From Camelus dromedarius (Eukaryota), in the NCBI RefSeq assembly GCF_036321535.1, contig NC_087436.1, positions 14,880,001 to 14,944,000 of the forward strand: a stretch of 64,000 bases of DNA, read 5' to 3'. Both the position numbers and the translations under genes were made by a program. This document shows, piece by piece, positions 11,416 through 25,560 of this stretch (the stretch's first letter is position 1; every line of letters starts with the position of its first letter). Under the pieces are notes generated by a model, which was not told where the DNA came from, made no database searches, and worked only from the letters and a program-made list of their open reading frames with translations.

Positions 11416-12947
11416 AGTTCTTTTTCTTCCCTGGCAGACCACCCACCCCTTCCCTGGGCCCTGATCTGTTAGACACCCCAGCCAGCACCCCCAGCACCCA
11501 CGTCTTCTTTTGGTGTCCTGCTCTGAGTGTTGCCTGCCCCTGCATCCCAGCCTCCTAACAGGCTGTAAAACACGACATTAGGTGATAAAGAATTTAGGTA
11601 TAGCAGTTGTATTTTCAGAATAGAAACAAAAAGATCACAAAACAGTCTGGGCATTGTCTTATGAACCTGGGAGATTCCAGCGGGGTCAGCAGTACTGAGC
11701 AGGGTCGCACCACCTCCCGCTTTCCAAATCTCCCTGCTTGACCCCCTGTATGCATCGTTGACCTCCAAGCTCTTTCTCAAAGTGGTCCTAAGCAACCTCA
11801 TGGTCAAGGAGACAATTTCAAGATGAAAGTTCTTTTGGGAAAGGCAACTGTGACAAATTGAAAGGGTGGAGGAAATACTAGCACAGACGAGAGAGGGGAG
11901 AAAGTCTGCAGGAAAATAAGCAAAAGGAATCTATGTTTGTCACCCCTGGACCAGCAGAACACCGATTTGTTTCCTATAAAAAGAGATGTGTTATTTTTTC
12001 CCTCCTCTCTTGGCAAATAATGACAAAGAAAAATGGTTGCAGAGTTTACTGAAATCGAATAGTCTGTGGGGGGATTCCGAGTGAATGAAATGTGTTCTTA
12101 CATATCTTATCATGTTCCCCACCAACTTGTTTTTATTTCAAATTGCCCACAACAGGTGCCTGAGTCTGGGCAAAGTATAATATCGTACCTTGCAACAGCT
12201 GTGAGTGGAGTGCACAGAGAAATAGTCAAAAAAAGGTTATACCACGTGATGGGTCTCATAAGGCTTGGAGCAGCTCTAGAATTTAAAACATTTACTTGTC
12301 CTGGGGTTAAATTGGGCCCCAGTGATATGCATTCTGTAACTTAATATGAAAGGCTGCTGGTGGATGGGTTGGTACCGTGGCTGCCGGAGCTGGCGGTGGA
12401 CACCTGTAGGAGCACGTGCACCCTGAGAGGACCCAGTTGTTCAATTACAGCCTCCTCGAGATGAGGTCTCCTCAGTGTGCCAGTGGGCTCTCCCCCACAC
12501 CTGGGCTAGACTCTGCATGGTTTCATGCAGTGTCACCTACGCCTCAGACACTTCTCCGGCTGCAGCCCAAATAGAATAAACTACAGTTGCAGAAAACATT
12601 TCCAGTGCCCAATTCCCACTCTTTTTTCTCCAACTTAAGAAAGCATATATGAATGTAAACGAGTGATGTTGGTGACATCAAATCTGTTTAATTTGATACA
12701 AAAAAAAATTAAATTTCTAAACATCAATTCTTTATCTGTGACAGGCTCATAGAAGCACCACCTACAGTTAATGCTGATACCATATGAACCAGGACTGCAG
12801 CTGGGAATCACTGATTAAGAGGACAGTCTTAATTTGATAAAATATGTCAGAGTCACAGAGAACATAATACACTTTTCTCCAGGTATTTTTATACTTATGA
12901 TTTGAAACAGAACAGAATGTTTTCAGAGGGCAGAAGGCTAACCATGC

Positions 12948-13270
12948 GTATGGGTCAGGATTCTGAGTTGCAAGCGACAGAAACAGATTCTGGCTGATGT
13001 GAGCAGAAAAGGAAACTATGAAAGGAATGATGCTTAGCCCACAGGGTTGCCGAGGAACCACAGGACCTGTGCCTTCAGAATGATATCTCCAATCCCTGCA
13101 GAGCTTGCCTGGCCAGGGCCCTGATGCCGCTCAGCCCTCGATGAGGTGGCCGGTCCCATCCACACCACCAGCAGGAGCACGGCCAGCCTGGCAACTCCAG
13201 CCTTCTGCAAAGCCTGCCACTACCAGAGGGCGATGAGGCAGCCCCAGATGACTGGCCAAGTGGAGAGTGT
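12948..13270 (-). mobile_element. ancient ERVL/MaLR-like LTR (LTR78/MLT1M type)
   Basis: gtcaggattctgagttgcaagcgacagaaacagattctggctg start; 3' boundary uncertain. Confidence 0.5.
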
Positions 13271-13369
13271 GGGTTATAATCCCAGAAAGTGTTTTAGAGT
13301 CAACGTATAAGGAGGGAAATCAGTGGATAAACTTAATTCTGATATTTTGCTAGACGTGGGCAAGGCCAC

Positions 13370-13457
13370 CATGCTTCTTTTTCACATCTCTATCCCCAGG
13401 CCCTAGCATGTCACCCAGCACTTAGAAAGGGCTCAATAAGCATTTCTGGAAATGAAG
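13370..13457 (+). mobile_element. L2 3' end
   Basis: ctctatccccaggccctagcatg...gctcaataagcatttctggaaatgaa. Confidence 0.7.
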
Positions 13458-14647
13458 TAAAATTGAGTTTTAAATTTAGAGGCACCCTTTCCAGGGGCCA
13501 ACTGCCAGTCACTATAGCAAATTAGTTCTAGTAAATCAAAGTAAATTAGGAAGACAATCCAAAATAGACTGTTTAAGCCCAGTGGTTCCATTCACTTACT
13601 TACAGTGGCGTCGCCCTTAGACCTACCGGTTAGTGGTCAGTTTGTTTGTTTTTATGTGCAATGAAGGCTTTACTTTTTCTAGCCATGGCTGTGGGCCTGT
13701 GCTTGTCCATCCAAGTGAGCATGTGGACTGAAGATTATTTTGCTCTCAAGCAATGAAACTATCACCAACCTTCATCTGGAGGCCAGAGAATTTCCCCAAG
13801 TATCTGCTCCTGTTTCATGAGACTTCTCTCTTTGATGGGAGAGGAAAAGGAATGGAGGATCTTTCCTCGTGGGCAAAAAAAAATTTTTCAAAGGCCTTTT
13901 TGCAGCGTGTGGACCATTACGAGGTCCGTACATCACACTCCTGTTGAATTATCCCAGATGCTTTGCCTCATTTGTTTCTTCCAGGTCCTTTGCAAAATTC
14001 CCACATACAGGACTGGAGAGTGGAGGGCACCAAAGATGGTTCCTGAAGCGGATTCAGCAAGACGGTCATTATTAACACAGTTAGAGTCTGGGCTGGGCTG
14101 TAGGATGGCAGTGGGGATTATTTTCCAGAGTATGGAATGCTAAAATTTTTAAACTGATTCTGGATAAATCATACATTTTTGTACTTTTGATTCAGAAAAA
14201 TGTCTTTGAAAGTTTAAAGGTCCAAAATCTCAAGATCATTGGTTAGGAGACCAGAGAAGTGCTTAAAAAGGATCATGAACTAGATTCTATCTGTTTTAAT
14301 TTCAAGTGGAGTGAAGTATAAATGTGCTCATTCTCTACCCTAAAGAGCTATTTTCTTGGGGTGAGAGGATTGCTTTTTAGTATGTATGTATGTATGTGTG
14401 GTAAGTTTCCCTACATTTAATCTCTCCCTCATTGATGTAGAAATTATTTCTTTAATAGTTTGTATTCTTCAGTTTTGAAAACCATAACGTCTTGATTCCA
14501 GTTATGTTTAAAGCACGTAATATGTGAATTAAAAATTACCTCTGAATGGGATAATTATTGGTTATTGAATTTTTCCTTTTCTATAGTTTCCAGTTTTTTC
14601 AGTAATGAGCATTATTGCTTTCATGATAAGAAAAAAAATTCATATTA

Positions 14648-15340
14648 CAGTCATTTTTTTTGCTATATTACCTTCTCGCATACTTAAGAATTCCCGTTCT
14701 GCAAAATCATGCACCTAAAATAATAGAGTTTATGGGGAAAATAAGATTGGAACAGCTCACTCAAACCAATTAAAATTTGAAAACAGATTATTCATAAAAA
14801 TCAATAGAAATCCTAATAAAAAAAGTGGCATAGGGAATGTTAGCTATCTTGATTGTGGTGGTGGTTTCATAGGTGTATACATCTATCAAAATTCATCAAA
14901 ATACATCTGAAATATGTGTAGTTTACTGTATAGAAATTATACCACAATAAAATTATTTTAAAATTAAAAAAAATTGTAGCATAAGTAAGTATATGAAGCC
15001 TGGAGATCATATACTTTCTCTTTCACAGTATGTGTCTTGAAGGGTATTGGTTTTTGAGAGAGAATATTTTCATCAATATTAAAATTTGGATTTGGGGTAT
15101 AGCTTTCTTCATTAATTCATTGTTTTGACATAGAGCATAATATACTGGCAGCTTTTTTATCTTCACCTTCAGTCTGCTCAGAATAGCTTAAGAGAGTGGA
15201 GACACAGGGTACCAGAAGTAACTTCAGAATGCTCACATGCCGGGGAAATTGCGTAAGAACCAACACTAGGTCTGCATTATAATGACCACATCCCCTGCTT
15301 GCTTGTTGATCGCTTGTGAGCTAATTTGTATGAAAGAAAC
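14648..15340. mobile_element. Tigger13-like DNA transposon interrupted by an L1M tail
   Basis: tacagtcattt...gttctgcaaaatcatgcacctaaaataatagagtttatggggaaaa matches the recalled Tigger13a end. Confidence 0.55.
14828..14975 (+). mobile_element. L1M 3' tail fragment
   Basis: atcttgattgtggtggtggtttcataggtgtatac...caataaaa plus A-run. Confidence 0.75.
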
Positions 15341-16158
15341 AAGCATGGCCGCAGAAGAGATTGTTTAAAAATCTAGGCTTGGTAATTGCAGTGCTGAGAC
15401 TGTAGAAAGCTGGAAAGAGTGACAAGAAGAAAAATCTGGATAAACTAAAAAATTAAAACTTTTCTTGAACCATGGGAGAGCGGAGGTTTCAGAGCAAACA
15501 AAAAGCCTAAAATCTGAGGAAAGATGGACTTCTTCCCTAAAAAGATGAGCATGAACACTGGCTCACCTATGACAGAGCACTGAAAGAAGAGATCTCACAT
15601 GCTGTCTTCATGGGTAAGAAGAATTTAGCTATGGTTTTAATGAATTGCCAAAAGTGAGGTGGGCTAGTGTGAGACTATATCACCCAGGGAGCTGCACACA
15701 CTAGGGACATTGCATCCACATCTCCTTGAACTTCTCTGGGTGCTTGTCTCCTGGGTAAGACTCAGGGCAGGGTGGGACACCTGAGAGAGCAGGCCTGGAG
15801 GAAAGAGCAGGAAGGCACAAAGCCTTCTCTCCCACAGAGCAAAAGCCTTGAGCTCCTGAAGGTGAGCAGCAAACCTTGACACCCCCAGGACACTGGGAAA
15901 GGGTGAGAGGAAACAATTCTACAAACCCCCAAACTGAAACCCAAAACATGCGGCCTGCCTAAGGCAAAGGCTGAGCCGCCAGCCCCATCCATCTTCCACC
16001 ACCAGGGTAGCAAACCTCAAGTAACAATTAACGGTTATCTTCTTCTCGATGAGAGGCAAAAGCAAGGAAAGAGACCCTCTTTGAGGCACAGGCACATGAA
16101 GGAAGCTGAAAAGTGAGGATAGAGTACTTGATACCCTCAGCATAAGGCAAAGTGAGGC

Positions 16159-16383
16159 CAGAGTTTCTCAGCTGTGGCACTACTGACATTTTGGGCCACA
16201 TAATTCTTGGTTATGGGGGAGCAGTCCTGTGCATTGTAGAATATTTAGTAGCATCCCTAGCCTCTGCCCACTAGATTCCAGTATCATCCAGCTCCTCCAG
16301 TTGTGACAGTCAAAAATATCTCCAGATACACACATTATAATACTTCCTCTGGAGGCAAAATAACTCCTTGTTGAGAGTCACTG
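16159..16383 (-). mobile_element. MER20 nested in L1M
   Basis: cagagtttctcagctgtggcactactgacattttgggcc...gttgagagtcactg. Confidence 0.88.
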
Positions 16384-19300
16384 CATTAGAGAAATTTGAA
16401 GCTAGCTGTGTACTGAAGGTGATCATAAGCATACTAAAACTCAAACTCACATTAACTTCTGACTAGATTGACTCAACCTCACACTGAAGGCCCGGAAGAA
16501 AAGGCATACCCATTTCCAGACTTAAACAGTATTTATTTCAGTCTCTATTATTCTATGCATGATGTCTAGCACTCAACAAAAAATCATGAGACAGACAAAA
16601 AAGCAAGAAAAATCAGCCCATTGTTAAGAGCCAAAGTTATCAACAGAATCAAACTCAGAGCCTGAGAGACAACCTGGATTTTGTTACTATCACAGGAAAT
16701 AACTATGATTGATATTTAAAAGTTTTAGGGGACTAACGAACAACATGCATGAACAGATGGAGAATTTCTGTAGAGAGATGAAAACTATAAGAAAGGGTCC
16801 AATGAAAATAACAAAAATAAAAAACAAGGTAACAAAGATGAAGAAAGCCTTTGAGGACACACAAATATAACTAACACAGCTGAGGATCAGCTGAGGAACT
16901 TGAAAACAGGTCAAAGGAAATTACACAAACTGAAAATATCAAAAGAAAAAAAAATGAGAGAGACAATAGAACCATGGGTCAGTATAAAATGGCCTAATAT
17001 ACAGGTAATTCAAATCTAACAGGATAAGAAAGAAAACAGGGCAGAAGGACTATTTGAAGAAAGAATGGCATAGAGTTTTTCAAAAGTAAAGGAAAACATC
17101 AATGGACAAATGTAAGAAGCTCAGAGTATCTCAAGCAGGAAAAACAAAAGAAGGAGGAGGAAGAAGGGGGGAAGGAGGAGGTAAAAAGGAGGAAGGGGAG
17201 GAACAATACTTCTGACACATCATATGCAGACATCTGAAAATCAAATATAAAGAAAAAGATAATAATTACAACCACCTTCTATTCCAAAATGACACATTCA
17301 GAAGACAGTGGAATGAAAATTTTGAAGTATTGAAAGAAAAAAAACCCAGTCAATCCAGAATTCTATACCTGGAGAAAATATCTTTCAAAATGAAGATGAA
17401 ATAAACACTTACTTAGACAAGCAAAAGCTGAGAGAATTCATTACCAGCAACTCTGCACCTCAAGAAATATTAAAGGACACTCTTCTGGAAGAAGAAATAT
17501 GATATCCAACAGAAACTTAGATTTACTTCCTCAAATGAGAGATCTCTGGAAATGGTTAAAATGAAGTGAAGATAAGAATACTTTTTTCTTAGTTTTAATC
17601 ATTCTCTAAAACAAAAGATAATTAACACTTTAAAACAGACATAGTAGAAATACATTGTGGATTTATTGCATCTGTAAAAATATGACAAAAATAGAACAAA
17701 AGATGGGAGGGAGGAGATGGAAGTTTGCTGCTATAAGGTCCTTACACTATACATGAAGTCTTATTATTCGAAGGTAGAATGTAATTAATTAAAGAATGTA
17801 TTGTAAACCTAAGGGCACTACAAAACATTTTGAACATAGGTTTAAATAATAAGCCAGTACTAGAGATAAAATTGAATGAAAAATATTCAGTCTAAAAGCA
17901 GGCAAAAAGAGGAATAAAGAGACAACATATGGAACAAGTAAAAAACAAGTATCAAAATGACACACTGAAGTTCAAACATATCAATATCGATTAAAAGACA
18001 GAAATTTTTGAATTGGATAGAAAAACAAGATCCAACTAGATGCTTTTTACAGGAAACCCAATTTAAATATGAATATTTAGGAAGGTTAAAAGTAAAAGAA
18101 TAGAAAAGGACATATCATGTAAATGCTAATTGAAAGAAAGCTAAGGTGACTATAATAATATCAGATAAAGTAGACTTTAGAACAAGAAACATTACCAGAA
18201 TTACAAAGGGATGTAACATAATAATAAAGGGGTTGATTCATCAAGAAAACATAATAATCCTAAAGAGTTAAGTACCTTACAACAGTACCTTGAAATATAG
18301 GAAGTGAAAGCTGATAGAAATAAACAGAGAAAAGATAAATCCAAAGTTACAATTAGGGATTTTAACTTTCCTATCTCAGTAACAGGTAGAACGAATGGAC
18401 AGAAAAATAAATAAAAAGATAGAAGATTTAACACTATCAACCAACTTAACCTAATTGACATTCACAGAACACTCCATCTAATAGTAGAATATACATTCTC
18501 TTTTTGAGTGCCCGTGGACATTCACAAGATAGATCATACTCTGAGCCATAAAGTAAATCGTAAGAAATTTAAATGAATTGAAATAATATAAAGTATGTTC
18601 TCTGACTAGATTTCTAGTTCAATAAAATTGAACTAGAAATCAACAGCAGAAAGATATCTGGAAAAGTCACAAATATTTAGAAATTAAATAATGTAATGCT
18701 ATTTAACCTATGATCAAAGTCAAAAGGGAAATTAGAAAACAGTTTGAATGGAATGAAAACAACATATCAAAATTTGTGAGGTAGAGCTGAAACAGTGCTT
18801 AGAAGGAATATATAGCTGTAAACACCTAATAAGAAAAGAAGATCTATAAGTCAATCAAGTCAATCTAAGCTTTCACATTAAGAAACTATAAAAAGAACAA
18901 AATAAACCTAAAATAAGCAGAAAAAGGAAATAATAAGAAAGGAGCAGAAATCAATAGCATTGCAAACAGGAAAACAATACAGACAAGCAATGAGACAAAA
19001 AGTTGGTTCTTTAAAATCAATAAAGCTGGTAAGACTTTACCCAGATTTAGTAAGGAAAAAAGCCTCAAATACCAATATAAGAAATGAAATAGGAAACACT
19101 ACAAATTATATAGACAGTGAAAGGCTAATTAGGGAATACTATGAAAAACTTTATGTCCATAAATTCAACAACTTGGATGAAAGGGAAAATTTGTCAAAAG
19201 GTATATTTAAGAAGTCATAGATAACTGGAATCATCATATATTTTATTAAAGAAATAATTTATAACTAAAAGCCTTTCTATAAGGAAACATCAAACCTAAG

Positions 19301-20989
19301 ATGGCTTTACTGCAAAATTCAACCAGATGATTTTGGTAAAAAGTAACACCAATAGTACACAAACTTTTTTAGAAAATAGAGAGAACAACCATTTCTTAAC
19401 TCCTTTTATGAAGCTAGCATTACCTGATACCAAAACCATGCAAAGATATTGCATGCTAAGAAAACTAAAAGCCAATATCTCTCATGAATATAAATGCAAA
19501 ATTTATCAACTGAATATTAGAAAATTGAATCCAGCAATATATGAAAAGGATAATACATCACATATTAAGTGGGATTTATCCCAGGAATGAAATCAACACT
19601 TTAAAATTTTTTCAGTGTAGTTTACCACATAAAGATTAAAGAAGAAAAACTATATGACCACCTCAATAGATACAGAAAAAGTATTTGATGAAATTCAAAG
19701 TTTGTTCATGATCCATCTGTATCGATCTATCTGTCTATTGATCTATTCTCAGAAAACTAAGAATAGACTCAATCTGATAAAGGGCATCTACGAAAAACCT
19801 ACAGCTAACATCACACTTGATATGTGACCAAATAATTTCCCCTTAAGACTGAGAAGAAGGTAAGGATATCCATTCTCACCACTTGTATTCAGAATTGTCC
19901 TGGAAGTCCTAGACAGTGCAATAAGGCAAGAAAAAGAAATAAAAGACATACAGGTTAGAAAGGAAGAAATAACTCTCTCCACTTGTAAGTATCATAATAG
20001 TCCATACAGAAAATCCCAAAGAATTTACAAAACAGCTACTAGAATTAATAAGTGAGGTCAGTAAGGATAAAGATTATAATATCAATATACCAAAAGCAAT
20101 TGTATTCTATACACTAGCAATGAATATTTGTAAATTGGAATTAAATATACCATTTAAAATAAAGTACCATTTACAACAGCACTTAAAAGCATTATGTAAG
20201 CTAACATCTAACAAAATATGTGCAAGATCTATATTCTAAACTATAAAACTTTGATGAAAGAACTAAGACCTAACTAAACGGAAAGTTATACTATGCTTAT
20301 GGGTTGGAAGTTTCAATATTGTTAAGATGTTAATTTCCCCCAAACTGATCTATAGATTCAATGCAATCCCAAGTAAAATCCCAGCAAGATTTTTAGCAGA
20401 AATCAACAAGCAGAAATCTAAAATGTATATGGAAACTATAATAGCCCAGCTAATTAAAAAAAACAGTTTGAGAAGTTGTGCTACTTATTTCAAGGCTTGT
20501 TCTAAAGCTACAACAATCAAGATGTTCTTGTATTGGTGAAAGGATAAACACAGAGATCAACTGAACAGCATAGAGAGACTAAAAATAGAACCACACGTAT
20601 ATCTTGGGTTGATTTCAACAAAATGACAAAGGTAGTCCAATGGAGAAAGGATGCCTTTCAATGAATAATGCTGGAAAGAATTAGATACATATATAACAAC
20701 AACAACAACAATAATAATAATTGCCATAATAATAACATTGACCCATAATTCTATAAAACTTCTAGAAGAAAACATAGGAGAAAAATCTTTGTGATCTTGA
20801 GTTAAACAATGAATTCTCAGATACGAAAACCAAAAAAAAAAAAATGATAAGTTGAACTTCATCAAAATTGAAAACTTTACTCTTTGGAAGATAGTGCTAT
20901 GATAATTAAAAAACAAAAATCCCACAGACAGGGAGAAAATATTTGCTAAGCACATATCTGATAAATAGCTTATATGCAGAATATGTAGA

Positions 20990-21119
20990 TGTTAGAACGT
21001 AGATGTCAACTAGACTTCTTGCCGTTACTGTTTCACGTTATATACATATATCAGATCATTACATTGTGCACCTGAAACTAATATAATGTTCTATGTCAAT
21101 TATATCTCAATCAAAAAAG
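20990..21119 (+). mobile_element. short younger L1 3' tail nested in L1M
   Basis: tgtgcacctgaaactaatataatgttctatgtcaattatatctcaat plus A-run; possible TSD gaatat(gt/ac)aga at 20979-20989 and 21120-21130. Confidence 0.7.
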
Positions 21120-21908
21120 GAATATACAGAATTCTTACAACACAATTGTAGGAACACAAACAACTTCATAAAATGTGAGCAAAAAGTTTAATAGACATGT
21201 CACCAAAGAAGCTATTTGATGGCCAATAAGCATGTAAAAAGATACACAATATTGTTGGTAATCATGGAAATGCAAATTAAAATCATAGTAAGCTACAACT
21301 ATCTATTAGATATCTATTAGAACGGCTGAAAGAAAAGAAAATCTGAAAATGATAAGTGCTGTTATGCTGTGGAATAGCTGGAATTCTCCACACACCTCAC
21401 AGGAGTGAAATGGTACAGACATTTTGGAAAACAGTTTGGTGGCTTCTGTCAAGTTGAACATATACTTACCACAGGGCCCAACAATCTCACTCCTAGGAAT
21501 TAATCAGAGAAAAATAAAAACTCGAGGTCACACAAAAATCAGCATTTGGATGTTTATAGCAGCTTCATTAATAATCACCAAAAAATTAGAAATAACCCAA
21601 TGTCCTTCAACATTTATTTAATAGCTAAATAAACCGTGGTACATTCACACACTGGAATACTTCCCAGCGATACAAAGGAACAAGCTGCGGATATGTGCAG
21701 CTCGTATTTATCTGAAGTGAATTCTGCTAAGTGAAAGAAGATTCAAAAGGCTACATACTGTGTGATTCCAACTCCATGACATTCTGAAAAAGGCAAAACT
21801 ATGGAGATATACCAGATCGGTGGTGGTCAGGAGCCAGGGTTGACCCATCAGAGTTGACTGGGAAGGGGCCTGAGGGAACTTTGTGGGATGATGGGAACAT
21901 TTTCTATC

Positions 21909-22000
21909 ATTTTTTTAAGAGGAGGTACTGGGGATTGAACCCAGGACCTTGTGCATGCTAAGCATGTGCCCTGCAACTGAGCTCTTTATTATACTCTCCC
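21909..22000 (-). mobile_element. camelid tRNA-derived SINE (vic-1-like), short form
   Basis: ggaggtactggggattgaacccagg (antisense B-box); exact 11-bp TSD cattttctatc at 21898-21908 and 22001-22011. Confidence 0.9.
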
Positions 22001-23585
22001 CATTTTCTATCTTGATTGCGGTGACAGTTACACGGCCCAATGCATTTGTTAAAACTGATAGAGCGGGCCATTAAAAAAAAAAAGATGAATTCTCTATGTA
22101 TAAATTATTTCCCAATAAAATGTAAATCTAAAAGAAATCTAAAATGTTTATAGTAGAAAGTGAAAAATCAAACTAGTTCCCCAAGTAATCTCATGGCTAC
22201 AGCTGATGAAGATTGTGTGCTGTTTTCTGTGTGGGAAAATGTTTAGGATCCAAAGGGCTCAGGGTCAGGTAACGTCTCTGTGGAGCAGACACTGGATGGG
22301 CTTCTCAGGGGTGGGCAGGGTTCTGGGCCCAGCCCTGCTCCCCTCACTAATGCCTGCAAGTTGCCTTCTGACCATCGCCAGGTGGGAGCTGAGTTCCCTC
22401 CGCACCTGCTCCCGTGGTACCCTGGGTACGAGGGATTCAGAGCAGCATCCCTGACGCAAACTTTCAATGCAAGAGAAAGGGCCCCAAAACTGCCAGAAGT
22501 GTGTTTTGATCATCGTAAACTGTTCTGCAGCCTGTGCTTTCAGGGACCCAGGCCAGGAGTTAAGACCCCTGTTGTTAACAGTCACTTTATCCTCTCCGCC
22601 CACTCCGCGGGGCCTGGCAGGAAGGCCATCGGAGCGCGGGCAACAGATGCACGTGGGCTGCTGAGCGGGGGCGAGCAGGGAGGAGTAGAGCAGTGGAAAG
22701 GCCGGTCTGCCCACAACACTGAGTTTCCCTGCTTCCTCGGGGTTAAGCATAATCTTGCCTGCTCCCCAAAGCCCCTTTTCCTTTGCATTTATAAACCTTT
22801 CCTCATGCGCTGATTCCATTTATCTGCCAGGTAACTAGCTAGAACTGAAAGCGGGACTTGCAGTTTGAAGGCCTATCCCTTGAGAAACTGCGTACTGGCG
22901 CTGCCGAGGTTCTGGGAGAGTGGCAATGAGGAGGGTAAGAAAGATGCAGCCGTTGCAGATGGAAAGAAGGGAGAGTCACAGCTGAAGACCTGAACTGGTG
23001 CTTCTGTCTCTGTAACGGATAATCCTTCCAACTGCCCCTAAGCCTTGACCTGGCTAAAATAATTTGGCCCTTTCCAGCCACCCTTCAAAATGTCTGGCCG
23101 GGACAGCTTGATGAGACAGAGGGGAAGGGGTCCTTGAAGAATGCACACTGCAGGAATAGGTGCGTGTTTAAAGCCTCTCTGGTCCTCCACTTCCCGGTCA
23201 GATGACAGAGCAAAAGCTTGCCGAGCTTTCTCCAGCAGAAACCTGTTGGCAAGGCAAAGATCACCTGGCCCCCGGCCAAGCCGGGCAGAGATGCTGCGCG
23301 GCGAAGACAAGCCGGTGAGCGTTTGTGCCGGCTCTGGTACCTGGAACAAAATATGCTGAGCTGCAAATTATGGCTTTCAGATGTCACCACTGCCATCTGA
23401 CATGGCGTTTCAGCTGTTCACGTCTTCATCACTGTGCTGTAGCTCCCACTTAGGCTGTTACCATGTGTGCGACAGACTTATGGGTTCCCATGCACCCTGA
23501 GCAACAATGCTCACCGAGGAGTGTCAGGCAGATCGCCAGGACTCTAGAGGTGCAGAAGCTCTGCGTCTGTCACTTGCTTTGGGGG

Positions 23586-23685
23586 TGTCTGTGTGTGTTC
23601 GTGTGCATGTATGTGCATGCATACGTGTGCGCATGCACGTGTATTAGTGTGTGCGCATGTGTGCGTGCGTGTGTGTGAGTGTATG
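23586..23685. repeat. degenerate (TG/CG/TA)n alternating purine-pyrimidine tract
   Basis: gtgtgcatgtatgtgcatgcatacgtgtgcgcatgcacgtgt...gtgtgcgtgcgtgtgtgtg. Confidence 0.9.
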
Positions 23686-24324
23686 TCCCTCCTCCAGGCC
23701 CCATGGTGTAACAGCTGAAAGGGATAGGACTCCCGGCTACAGGAACTTGTTCCCTGCGTGGTTTTCTCATCTCCCTTCGCTTCCGACAGGCCTCCGTCCT
23801 GGCCCATCTGCCGGATACTTGCTCTCGCCCTCTGTGCTCCTCTTTGAGGTGGTAACTAACCAACACAGTAATGCCCTTGTGGCTCCCTTTCCAGCCTCTC
23901 AGCCTCTCTCAGATTAATGGAACAGAAACATGTGCTTGCATCTGATGCCAGTAATCATATCCTGAGTGACCACAGAGAGGGAGATTAAGCAGAAGCACAG
24001 GCCCGGCCCTGGGGGACACGGTGACAGGAAGAAAGTGTTTCTTGACAGCAGAGGCTCTGGCTCCCTCTCCCCTGCCCCCTCCTCCTTTCCCAGTCTTGTT
24101 AAGTCCTTTGAATATTTTCTATAAAATTAATTAAAGTCTGTCCAGCAATGGTCCCAGTCACTTCAGAACCAGGTTTTGATCTGCTTTTTTTGATTTGCCC
24201 TCATGGATGTGAGCGGAACGTATTTCCATACTCCTGCCTTTGATGTAGACCCTGTGCTAATCTACTTTGGACATGTATTTTCAAACAGTGGAAAGTCAAC
24301 AAGTGTATGGTTATCTAGCCTGAT

Positions 24325-25560
24325 GATTTAATTCCACAAATACCAACTGTGAGCAAATTACTCTTCTGGTAGGACAAAAGCCACCCCCTCGAGGGGCACT
24401 AGTCGGGGTAATGAAGCACGTACTCAAGATGCTGTGATGTGAGGGCATGTGTGACGAGGGTGGTGAGAGAAACACAGTGAACCCAAGAAGCACAGGGAAG
24501 GGAAAGCTTTTCTGGCCGGAGAAACCAAGGGAGGCTTCAGGGAAGAAGTGGCATTTGAGATGAGCCTGGAAGGAAAGGTAGGATTTTGATGAATGCAAAT
24601 AAAAGGAAAGGTTCAGCTTGAACAGAAGCCCAGCGATAAGAAAGCACAAAGTATTCAGAGATGAGTGGGAAATCGAGTTAAAGAGCAAAAATGTATGCTA
24701 AAGGGAAAGTGATGAGAAGTGGCTCTGGACAGCCTTGAATTATGAAGCGTGTCATGCCCAGCTGAGGAGTTAGGCAGAAATACAGCAACAGCAGTGGGAG
24801 CCATGGAAGGTTTTAGAGCAGGGGGGTGATAAGATTCTGCCTTCTTGATTGCACTTTAAGAAGAGTACCCTTGAAGATGCACAAAATGTAGATTGTGGGG
24901 AGAGGGTAGAAATGGATCATGGAGGAGGTTTGGAAAGGAGGTGAAAATAAGCACTTGATGGTTCTGGAAAGAGACATGGCAAAGAGAAGTCTGACAACTG
25001 GTTGGATTTGGGAGGTGAGGCCATTTGTCTCAGAGACAAGTGACACTGAGATTGAAGAGTAGATTCTGGAGAGGTGTCATTGAGAGGGGGGTACTGATGG
25101 AGGAACAGATTTCGAGCAGCAAATGACCAGTTCAGTCTGGGATACTTCGACATTCAGGGGAGGCAAGACATCTGTCGGGGAGATGGTATCATTGCAGGTG
25201 TTGACAGGAGAGACTGGATGCGAGGACCATCTGCATGGAGGTGCCGGGTGAGGCCCCAGAGGAGGAGAGGTAGCTAAGCTCAGATCCCTGGGGATGTGGG
25301 CACATAATGAAGATGGGAAATGAGGAGAGGTTCCTTTCCCAGAAGCCAAGAGATTTCCTGTCAAATACTGAACCTGCCAAGGATCAGGACTGGGTCAAGG
25401 CTACCGAGGAGGAGGTTCCCGGGTCCTCCCTGAGGCTCCATCGGGAGGAGAGGGAGGTGGGGCGGAAGGCAGATCAGAAACCGGTGAAGGGTGAGTGGGT
25501 GCTGAGGAAGTGTAGGCACAAGTGTATTTCCTGGAGAGCTTTTAAAAACAGGACGGAGCA
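24325..25560 (-). mobile_element. L2 LINE segment
   Basis: ggaggcttcagggaagaagtggcatttgagatgagcctggaagg and gccatggaaggttttagagcagg are typical antisense L2 motifs. Confidence 0.75.

Larger units (their letters stand above)
15360..22135 (+). mobile_element. Long decayed L1M (L1MC/MD-type): 5' region, ORF1, ORF2 and 3'UTR remnants
   Basis: A-rich sense strand. ORF1 C-terminus ~17300-17480, endonuclease ~17980-18700, RT ~19300-20200, PKLIYRFNAIP at ~20340, 3'UTR ggctacatactgtgtgattcca...aataaa at ~22114. Many stops, so non-functional. Confidence 0.92.

Noticed and set aside
22265..22819. Overlapping 184-aa and 177-aa ORFs on opposite strands
   Set aside because: No recognisable domain or exon structure; expected by chance in GC-rich sequence.
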